Source: Takakia lepidozioides
Taxonomy: Eukaryota > Plantae > Bryophyta
Reading direction: 5' to 3'
Assembly: GCA_030704615.1 (NCBI GenBank)
Contig: CM060731.1
Span: forward strand, 24,242,001 to 24,306,000
DNA: 64,000 nucleotides
Shown here: positions 1 to 10,203 of the stretch, in pieces
How the letters are laid out: every line of letters starts with the position of its first letter
Numbering within the stretch: position 1 is the stretch's first letter
Notes under the pieces: generated by a model
The model's input: only the letters and a program-made list of their open reading frames with translations
Database searches by the model: none
Told to the model about the DNA's origin: nothing
Program-made: the position numbers and the translations under genes

Positions 1-2190
1 TGATTCTCAATGTATGGCTCTCCCCACTCCTCATACTGCTGCTTGAGAGATCCAATGACTCTCTCTTTGCGCATCTCATCCCACATCTGCCATAGGTGTT
101 TGCACCCCATGGTCCTGTGCTCGCCCCCACTCACTGCCTCCACCGTCCCGGTTGGCAGAGATGGTGTAATATCCAATGGAAGTGCAGACGTAGCCACCAA
201 TGCTTGCAATCTCCGTTGCTCAGCCATGCACAAGCCAATAACCCATGTTGAGATCCATTGCCTGACCCAACACCTAGCGTCGTGATGCCTTTGACAGAGC
301 TGGCACAGCTGTAGTGCCCATGGCAAACCCCATTGCCCGCTCTCGCTCATCCACACTAGGCTCCACCAATTGTTGTAGCGCATTGTCCCAAATCAACCCT
401 GGACCATTGTCTCGAAAAGCATGAGACGAGAGAAAACTCATGAGTGTAGGCAAGGCCGCACGTGGTTGCCCCACTCGATTGACCTCCGCCAAAGGTGGAC
501 GATCATCATGTCGCACTCTCTTTGGTTGCCTCTTTTGGTCCAAAATGCCCTCAACCGTGAGATTGGGTGGCCGTTGAATGGAATCGTATGCTCTCTTGAG
601 CAGCTCTGGTGGTGCAAGATTGGTCCACCACAATTGAGATCGATGCGCTCGTGATCCCACCGCTGCTGCATCCAATAGCACCGTCGATCCAATCCAAGAC
701 CGCACCTGATGCACACTGGCCATAACCCTGGCCCGAGAGTCCCTCATAAGATGAACATTCTCCAAGATATCATGCAAGTCATTCCCATGACCTGCGGGAG
801 AGTGTCCTTGACAAGGCAATCCAGCTATCACCAAGTCAATGGCACCATGCCGGTCCAAATCATCCGCCCCCAATAAGGTAATGTTTGCTGGCAAGGCCTT
901 TTGATACCCTTGAATTGCTGAGAGAGGGGTAGTTGCAGGATTGGGTGGATCAAAAGCGGCACATGTTGAGTCCATTGGAAGTCCATGGATTTTTTTTTTT
1001 TTGACTCTATTGCTTTCAGTTTATTTAAAAATATATATATAGTAATATACTTATAACATTTTTAGTAAAGAGTCCATCCTCAAAGATTGAAAACATTATT
1101 TACTAGATATTTTAATCTTTAATTTGAAAAAAAACATTTAGACATCAAAATCTAGAGTTTACAACCACTTGTCCATATACCACCTAGCACCTCTAGATTA
1201 TAGGTTTGTATGCATTTTTAGTAAAAGAAGACACCTCAAAAACCCAAAACATAAGATGCTATGGACTAGAGCAAATCAACCTGTTTTTAGGTGCAAAATA
1301 GTCCATAATTCTCAATTCCTAAGATAATTAGTCCACATAAAAGTGGATTTGGGTTGGATTTAAATATGGCACCCCTAGTGTGTTTTCCTTTGTGTCATTG
1401 TATGAGTGTACATGATGTTTTTTCAGTCCATAAGATTTTATGTGTAACATCTGCAGTCCACAATAATCAACTTTAAAAGTCCATGGTTCTTTGGTACATG
1501 ATTGTTTTTGCAATCTAACAATTGGTACACATATCTATTGTAGTTAGAAACCCTACACTATATAAATTTAGATGAAATATTGAGTTGTTGAACAAATATG
1601 GGTAAAACCATGTAGGGAGGTCACTGCAGAAACTGCCATGTTACACAAAAACTGAGACACCCAATCCTGCAAATATCCAGAGGCAACAACTCAGGATATC
1701 GGTGTGTGAGCAAGGCGATGTGATACATAGAAATACGCCGAGCTATCTGATCCTTCTCCATATACAAGTACTTGCGTACTTTAATCCCTGCTTGCAACAC
1801 TCCTGCAAGCCGAGTGCTCATGCCTCCAAACATGTCTAGCAAACAAATCCCTGAGTCAAGTGGTTGCCAGGTAATGGGCATTGTGTCCAAAGGAGCTAAC
1901 TGAGGAAGTCCGGGTGATGTCACTGAACTCCCCTCACTCACCAATGGATAGGCCTCCTGCCATGCTTGGTGCGCACACTCGCTTGCTACTCGATGCAAAT
2001 TCCCAACTGTACCCCATAGTGGAATATGAACAGGCACATGAGGAAGCAAATCAACCTTGTATGCCAATTGTTTGTCCTCATCAGGTGGTGGCCTATCATC
2101 TGCATGGCTATTGCCCTCCAAGAGCTCACCACCCCAAGCCACCACCCCTGAGAATGCAGCCAATGTGGGCATCATGTTCCTATGATCCAC
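1..2190 (-). pseudogene. DNMT3-like C5 cytosine DNA methyltransferase relic, intronless, probably part of a retrotransposon polyprotein; split by a MITE
   Basis: Motif I (LDMFGG) and the E of motif II lie in ORF 1621..2190. Motif IV (DLVIAGLPCQ), VI (ILENV) and VIII (LLDAAAVGSRAHRSQLWWTNL; compare DNMT3 IDAKEVSAAHRARYFWGNL) lie in ORF 274..975. Motif X RR*VLGQAMD reads through a TAG at 274-276. Removing 927..1678 plus one TSD copy joins YPELLP to LSAIQG in frame. After a small frameshift the frame stays open to position 1. Confidence 0.85.
927..1678. mobile_element. 752-bp non-autonomous TIR element (MITE) with 4-bp TSD, inserted in the DNMT
   Basis: 21-bp TIRs GGGTAGTTGCAGGATTGGGTG vs GGATATTTGCAGGATTGGGTG (2 mismatches). 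AGAG flanks both sides (923-926, 1679-1682). Interior is AT-rich and non-coding. Excision restores the host reading frame. Confidence 0.85.
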
Positions 2191-2869
2191 CGCTACATTC
2201 CCAATAAAATTCCCCTGGGTCCAGGGAATATCTCTCGATCTATCAATCCATCCAACCTTTACTTCCTCTTAAATCCCGCTGCTGAGATGCCCAATTGACT
2301 CTTGAACCTTTACCCATGGCTAGAGAATCTTGCCCGGGCCACTGTAACCCCAGGACATAGGAAAGGACGCTGACGACCGAATTTTTTTCCCAATGTATTC
2401 CCTGTATGGACTGGGGTGCAGGACATCCAATCCCAGGCCCGGACCTCCGAAGGAGAAATGTGCATCAATTGCTCTAGACTCCTTCGCGTCTTCATTGTGA
2501 AGCAGCGGCACTGTCAACCTCTCTGCCGCCATCGCCACCTTACTACCCAGCTATCCCTTCACCACCTATTTCATATATTCACTCTCTCTTCAGCTCTCTA
2601 CCCTCTCATGTTAGTCTATCCACCCACAGATCTCTCTCAAACATCCGCTTTGAAGGTTCCAAGTGCCTCGTGGCAAAGCTGGTTGAGGCACTGCGCCGAT
2701 ACTTGTATCCGAATCAGTATCAGCCGAAGCAAAGTAGCAAAAGTAGCAGGCACATGGCCTGTTTCCTTAAGGGCCATGGTCAAAGCTTGACTACTTTCCA
2801 CAAGTAGGGGTTGATATCAACACTGCGGCTTTCAGATATGTCAGGCATGTGCACTGAGGGCCGAGCCTT

Positions 2870-4080
2870 ACTAGGACTACACTTTGTGTCAATAGTCTAC
2901 ACTAGGTTTCATGGTGTAGTGATTGTTAACAACCTGGTGTCCAATTCTTGACCATCCATCCAAGTGTTGAATGCTACTACATGTCATATCAATGTTATAT
3001 ACACTGTTCAACAACTAAACTCAACTTATGGGGATGAGGTGCAGATGAAGGAGCCAATAGAGATTCCCAGAGTATGGATTATGGATCAAAATGGATTATG
3101 TAGGATGCTTTCAAAAACTGTTTTAGTGAAGTTGGTACTTAGTATCAATTGGAACTATCACCACACCTTGTTAGTATTCCAACACTGCGAAGGCAGGATG
3201 GTTGGGAAAAGGAATTGCCAAGTGACCGCATTGGGAGCTGATGCTCCTAAATATTCTCATAAGGATTCAAGATTGAGACCATTTGCCCAGCTGAATGTTC
3301 AGTTCTGCAGTTTGTGACTGCTGGAATTCTACACAAGGACTGTATCTGACAAGCTCACTTCTGAAGTAGACAGCATAATGGAGATACAAAAAACAATGAG
3401 GATCCCATGGAGGAGAAAGACAGAAAGGAAGGGATAACATTCTCGCAGGAGAACTTCCAGGATCTCTATATTGGAAGACAGATCATCTATGGGCTCTTCG
3501 TAGTGTGGGTTGTAATTCCATTAGAAAATTCAATCCATTGCCTTGTAAGCTACATTGACTGGAACAATCATGACGCCAAGAACACGTAAAAACATGACTC
3601 GGATGCTGTGCACTCGTGCAAAAAACATTCAGCTCCAGGTTCCCAAGCAAAATTTAAGGAATGCTGCAATAAGCACAACATTTGACTACAATGGTCGAAC
3701 TCTTTCTTTTTCCTGCCAAACACATTTCAGCTATGTTACAATAACAGTTGCCTTGTCACTCTCATAACTTCTCATCCCTTCATTTCTCTGGGGAGTTGGA
3801 GGAACATCAAGATCAGACACATAAGGCTCCACCCCTTCTGCACCGAAACATGGAGAAACCATTATAGAGATGAGTACCACTGTAAAAAATGTCAAACCAC
3901 CTCGCTGCATCCTCTCACTCTCAGTCTGACATTCTCCCCACCACCACTGTATCCCCAACAAAATCTGACCTGAAAATATGTTGGAGAGGATGTGAGGGAG
4001 AGACCCACACACTAAGTCACTTTCATCCTAACCAAGCTCCCTATCCCCAAAAATTTGCTATGCTCTGTTAGAACATTACA
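2870..4080 (+). repeat. ~1.2-kb local segmental duplicate of 5870..6014 + 9477..10508; carries a frameshifted copy of the last exon and 3' flank of the PsbS-like gene
   Basis: Colinear high-identity match by eye (e.g. ctaggactacac...gtcatatcaatg; atacactgttcaacaactaaactcaac; ...ctctgttaga). The copy of the EPYVSDLDVPPTP exon near 3780-3840 has a G-run one base shorter. Confidence 0.9.
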
Positions 4081-4884
4081 TTGCATTGGCTGACCTCGAG
4101 TTGGAGAGCTCTTGGGAGAGTAAGACGGTCTTTAGCTTGTTTCTCAGCTAAACATTGCACATGAAAAGATAGGGTTGGATTATTCCAGAAGTAACTAGAA
4201 GTGGCTTCTTTCCAAGGAATATGGTGGTAGTTTCCAATGACATGTTCTGAATTCGGAATATGTGACTGGAAATTTTACACACATTCCAGATTCTATCCCT
4301 ATCTTTTATACAAGTGAGATTTCCATTGTCCTTACAAGGGGTTGGTGTTCAGGGTTCAGTGACTGTTCACTGAGGCTGAGCCAGCCCAGTTCAGAGTCAT
4401 CTTACCCCCCTCTACAAGGTCGGGCAAATTCCCATCCCCTATTTACCTTTGCATCCACCTGCAGTGTCCTATCAAATGTAGCCTCGGCCCATTGCACTCC
4501 CAATCAATTGTAAGCTGCTCGTCATGCAAACAATGTAGTTGACAACAATTTTCTGACTTCTCACCAGCAGATATCTTCAACAAAGGATAATGGAAATTGA
4601 ACAACAATTCAACTGCGGTTACATGACTCTCCTGTTGGTTCTATTGCTTAGGACTGCCGTCTCCAGATACAAGGGATGGACAAGCTTATCTTGTTCACTC
4701 CAGAACATGAACTCCACTGCACATTAGTGCTCAATACCAGATGTACAAACATTCACATCCTTTAAGCAGTAATGAATGAGACAAGTCCCCTCTGGAAAGT
4801 AACCCCTCAAGGTTGTGGGGTTAACCCAACAAGTATTAGGTTATATGGTGCAGACAGACAGAGAAAACAGTCTCTGCAAAATGG

Positions 4885-5752
4885 CTACAAGGGCTTCTCA
4901 TATGTGTTTTGGTCTCGAAAATCTTGCAACCTCTTCTGGATCATATCAACCACATGGGGTTGCACATAAATGTGGGTATCATCCAGCATGTACACTATGA
5001 ACTTCTGTGCATTGGGCATTGCCTCGTTCATATTCACTATAAACTGTGCCATTGGAATGTCACTGCACCGCACAACATCAATTCCCCACTTAGATTAGTA
5101 GGAGTACTAAGATCAAACTTATAAAATGCCAGCAATATGCCAAGCCATACAGTGAAGTCTATAGAGCACTCCTTGCAAACTAAGAACGGTCTGGTAACAC
5201 ATTACGTAGACCTGTCTTTAGCCCATCCGTCTTTTATAAGGGGGATGTTGGTAAACGAGGACAAATACTGATTGGAGGATTGGTCTCAGGCTATTTTCTT
5301 CCATCGATCAAAATTGTCAAACTAGAGACAAATTAACCCCGGAATTTAACCCCAGCCAAGTCACAGTGGGTACATTGCTGTACTGAGAGAGCCAACAAAC
5401 GCCTACAACAGTGCCCTATAAGCAGAACATTTTATGGACACTGCTCATGCAGATAGGATGGCAAAGCAACCCCGGACAAATCTTTTGAAAGGATCATGCA
5501 GAGGGGGAAACTGGAACATTCAGAGAGCATTCAAAGTGGAAAACGAAGAAAATCATTAGGGCTCCCTTGGCAGTACTAGGAGACAAAGAGGTCTGCGAAA
5601 GTGTGGAGGATCCATTGATTCGGACATCATGCAAACTGGCTCAAAGCGGACCTACTACAAAAGAGCTATAAACAAAGGGCCTGCGAGCGAGCGAGGACGA
5701 GGGATATCAAGTCTAACCAGGTGATGAGAATTCCCTTGATGGCGTTCACCAT
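4885..5752 (-). CDS. TFB5: General transcription/DNA repair factor IIH subunit TFB5 (TTDA/GTF2H5), 2 exons
   Basis: Exons 5752..5718 (MVNAIKGILITC) and 5062..4885 (DIPMAQFIVNMNEAMPNAQKFIVYMLDDTHIYVQPHVVDMIQKRLQDFRDQNTYEKPL*), joined by a GT-AG intron of matching phase. Closely resembles plant TFB5. Confidence 0.95.
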
Positions 5753-6014
5753 CGTTGCCTCTCAGCACCCTGTCCGTGAGCCCCTCCTCCAATCTGCCGC
5801 ATACGCCCACTTCCTCTTCTCCCACTACTGTACTGTCATTCCATTTTTCACCCAACCCTGATCTGGCTTTGCTAGGACTACACTTCGTGTCTATAGTCTA
5901 TAATCTATACTAGGTTTCATGGTGCAGTGATTGTTAACAACCTGGTGTTCAATTCTTGACTGGCATCCCCATCCATCCAAGTGTTGAATGCTACTACATG
6001 TCATATCAATGCTA

Positions 6015-9000
6015 CTAGGGTAGCCTGTGTCGTTGGCCCAAGTGTCCAATGTCATCTAAGTCCAAGTGCAATCCTCTCTGTATCCAGGTGCGTCTCTTGT
6101 GTCGAGGCCCAAATGCAACCTCTAGGGTAGCATGTGCCATGGGCCCAAGTGTCAAGTGTCATCTACCTATCATTTCCCATTTAAGACTTTGAGAAGCCAT
6201 AACTTGTTCATATGATCATATTATGGTGCAAAATTTGGACCTAAGGGGAGGTTGGCAAGTTGGCTTCAAAACCCAATTTACGAAATTTACAAAACCCAAT
6301 ACACTGCATTGAAGTGTTGGGCACAACAAGCCTATATAATCTTCATAAAACCAAGTATCATTGCCCCTATCATTGCACACCATTCGCAAACCCCTAAGCA
6401 CGGTTGATCGACGGTGCGTGTCGACGGGTGTACAGTGATAGGCGCTGGGATGTGCAATCATAGGGGTTTGCGCTGTCCACAGGTGCGCAATGATAGGGGC
6501 TGGGGTGCCCGATCATAGGGGTTTGTGCAATGATAGGTAGAGTTACCCTAAGTTCAAGTGTAAGATGTTCTATGTATCCCAGTGCGTCTATGTACTAGAG
6601 AATGGGCCGTGACGGGCTCGCCCAAAGGCCGCTTACAGGGCAGAATCGGCCCAACGCGGCCCGTTCGCTGGCAAGTTGTTGCTGGCAGGTTGTTGCGTAT
6701 TCTCGCCACCGGACAACAGTTGTATTTGTAGGTTGCAGGGTTTGCAACTTCCATTTTTGTGCATGAGCAATACTGATGCAGTTGTCCCAATCAAGATCCA
6801 AACAATGGGGACAAAAACATGCTAAGTCTCGAACCATAAGTTTGGTTGGGTCTGACTTGTTCCTCCCAAGAATGGAATGTAAAGACCGAGTTCCAGGTAC
6901 GGTCTTGCAATCCCACTCTTGTGTACGGTCAACATCTTCTGTACCAACAAGCCAAAAATGTCTTTTCACTGCTGTTCTAATCTTAGAGTACGAAGAAGGA
7001 GGTCGGGTGGACAGGTTCTTGCGCAAAAAAGCTACTGCCTCAGCAGCATTTTGCAGCTTCACACCATTTGAGTTTAACTGCTCTGCTCGTAAAGCCCTCT
7101 TGATCACAGCACCAGCCCCATCGTGCTCACCTTTCCCGTGCCCTGATCCAAAAAAGTTCCACCACATTGTGCAACCCCCTGTGATGTGGGGGTACCTACT
7201 AACAAAATACCAAGGACGAGCACCTTTAAACTGAACAGCACAACCGTCACTCCATACCCAATGCGATTCAGGTCTGAACCCTGCTTCAGCAAGGTAATTC
7301 CAATGAAACCGAAAGCAATGTTGTACGAACGACGTGTCATGCTTGTTGTCATCAGAAATGTAAAAGTGCATTTCTTTCAAAACCTTGGAATCGGGATCAT
7401 TCACATCAGGGTGTGGATTCCACCGGTAGGCAATGTGCACCAATATAGTGATCTGGAAACTGTGCCAGTGCATCTCTTACACTTCATTCTGAACTGTACA
7501 AGTGTAGTTTTCAGCAAAGTCAACAACAGACAATATTGTATTCTCTGGCAAAGATTTCAAACTGGCTTTAAACTGAGCATCTTGCCATCGGGCTACAAAG
7601 TTATGACGAACAAAAGCCTGTAGCTTGGGTTTGAAGTACGACAAGAATTCAACAGAGGAAGTCGTTTGGTATTGGAGTTTTAGTCTCATTCTAGGGGCTC
7701 CATCTTTCTCCCCAACATTCTCTTTTGCATAGCATCTCCACTGCACTGTCAAATCACAACCATTTGCCTCAACGGGACAAATAGATAACTTACTTGAGCC
7801 ACACCTCAAGCACTCTCCCATGAGACAGTCTCGCTGATGCCATTCATCCAATTCCCCTTTGGGACAAACAATTTCTTGCCAAAGCCAAGTCACTCCTTTG
7901 TAGGGGTGCTTGTTCGCTTGACAACCAGCTTCACCATCTAATACTGGTCCACGTCGACAAATATTACAGTCAGAAGTACATGATGATGGAGAGTGGACAC
8001 CCCTCTCGGCAGTTCGCATGTTGTTGAACCCATCCTTCAACTCCGCCATCTCCACATGATATTTGCAGCAACAAACATTATGATCCTTCAGGCGTTTGAC
8101 AAAGAATGGCCTCAACAACTCAAACAATCGTTGACCCACTTTGACATTTGGGATGGGCTGATTTGAAGCGAAGAAAGAAAGCAGTCTGCATTGCCACCAC
8201 AACATGCACAAAGAGAATCCCATTTAGTGCATGCACTAAGAATACCTACTACTAGACCTCGACCAGTCCTAGACCTAGTCTTAGTCATAGTCCTTTCTCA
8301 TCACATGTCAAATTGTACAAGTACTAATCAGTCCTAATAGTCCTAGACGTAGTCCTTCCTAGTCACATATGAAGTACACATGTACTAATCAGTCCGAGTG
8401 TGAGTCCGAGCCTTAAAGGGAACACGGGTGGGGTTGATGGCTGATGACATGGGCCTGGGTGGTTGCAGCTCTACCGTCCTCTGTGCAGAATTGGCAAACC
8501 CTGCCGATTCTGCCTGCCGAATCGGCAGTACACCTTGGCTGGCCGATTCGGCCTGAGAATTAGTCTCAAAAGTGGCAAAATACGCCTACACATGCTTTTA
8601 ACGTCGAGGCCCAAGGGCAACCTCTAGGATAGCCTGTACTTTTGGCCCATGTGTGAAGAATTGAAAATGTAAGACCAAGTGCAAATTCCTATGTATCCAA
8701 TGTGTCTCCTATGTTGAGGGCCCAAGTGCGACCTCTAGTGTAGCCTATGCTGTTGGCCCATCTGCGAAGAATTAAAATCTAAGTCCAAGTGCAATTTCCT
8801 ATGTATCCAAGTGTGTCTCCTATGTCGAGGCCCAAATGCGACCTCTGGGTGAACTGTGCCGTTGGCCCAAGTGTCCAATGTCATCTAAGTCATCTAAGTC
8901 ATCTAAGTCTAATCATTATTTTTCCACAGAGCTTATGACCAGATTTGAACCGGCGACCTTCCCCTTGATATCTCTCATGTCTAGGGTGGCCTCTACCGTT

Positions 9001-9476
9001 GGCCCATGTGTGAAGAATTGAAATCTAAGACCAAGCGCAATTTCCTATTATGTCGAGGCCCAAGTCCAATCTTTTGTTCATGTGCCCAAGTCCAATCTTC
9101 TATTCATGTACCCAAGTGCATCTCCCATTTAGAGGCCCAAGTGTCCAATATCAAGTGCAATCTCATATGTATCCAAGTAGGTCTCCCATGTCAAGGCCCA
9201 ATTTATTTTTTTATATCCAATCATTATTGATATATCTCCCGTCGAGGCTCCAATCATTGTCCCAAGAAAGCCCACTTTGCTATTTTTCCTGAATTTTCCG
9301 GCGACCAGGAGTACTTGAAATTCCACATCACACACAAATCCTGAGACCAAGCTGGTGCACCCCTCCTCATCGAGGGCTTTCCAACGGCACCAAGCACCAA
9401 GGTTGGGGCCTGCGGTTTGGGAACATCTCAACGTGACAAAACAAAACAAAACCAAACATCTCGCTTCATACATTGA
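6015..9476 (-). mobile_element. Non-autonomous Helitron (3.46 kb) with repeated 3'-terminal units and an internal transposase fragment
   Basis: On the minus strand it starts 5'-TC (9476) and ends CTAG-3' (6015), inserted between A and T with no TSD. The empty site is preserved in the paralogous copy (aatgttA^Tatacactg at ~2997). About 6 copies of the ctagggtagcc..ttggccca terminal motif occur (6015, 6122, 8624, 8735, 8845, 8981). Confidence 0.85.
6712..8185 (-). pseudogene. DDD-type DNA transposase fragment, Sola-like (tentatively Sola2), with Cys-rich N-terminal region
   Basis: ORFs 7477..8223 and 6595..7473 are in one frame, separated by a single TAA (QNEV*EMHW, probably CAA>TAA). Motifs VDFAENY, WSDGCAVQFK, GHGKGEHDGAG and many CxxC. 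Putative splice acceptor at 8186-8187. C-terminus truncated near 6712. Superfamily assignment is from motif memory. Confidence 0.7.
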
Positions 9477-10203
9477 TATACACTGTTCAACAACTAAACT
9501 CAACTTATGGGGATGAGGTGGGGATGAAGGAGCCAATAGAGATTATGGATCAAAATGGATTATGATGTAGGATGCTTTCAAAAACCGTTTCATAGTTAAG
9601 TTGGTACTTGGTATCTACTTGAACCATCACTATTCCAACACTGCAAGTGACAGCATTGGGAGCTGATGCTCCTAAGTATTCTCATAACGATTCAAGGTTG
9701 AGACCATTTGGCCAGCTGAATGTTCAGTTCTGCGGTTTGTGACTCCTGGAATTAACACAAGGACTGTATCTGACAAGCTCACTTCTGAGGTAGACGGCAT
9801 AATGGAGATACAAAAAACAATGAGGATCCCATGGAGGAGAAAGACAGAAAGGAAAGGATACAATTCTTGCAGGAGAACTTCCAGGATCTCTATATTGAAA
9901 GACAGATCATCTATGGGCTCTTCGTAGTGTGGGTTGTAATTCTATTAGAAAATTCAATCCATTGTGTTGTGAGCTACATTGACCGGAAACATCATGCCGC
10001 CGAGAACCCCGTAAAAACATGACTTGGATGCTGTGCACTCGTGAAAAATCATTCAGCTCCAGGTTCCCAAGCAAAATCCAAGGAATGCTGCAATAGGCAC
10101 AACATTTGACTACAATGGTGCAACTCTTTCTTTTTCCTGCCAAAAACATTTGAACTATGTTACAATGACACTTGCCTTGTCACTCTCATAACTTCTCATC
10201 CCT

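Noticed and set aside
2199-2404. 9-bp inverted repeat cagggaata/tattccctg (2222, 2396) as a small hAT-like MITE
   Set aside because: The TIR is short, there is no TSD and the boundaries are ambiguous.
2405-2538. Possible first exon of a minus-strand gene (MAMAAERLTVPLLHNED...)
   Set aside because: It looks like an N-terminus with a dileucine motif, but no downstream exons or recognisable domain are present in the window.
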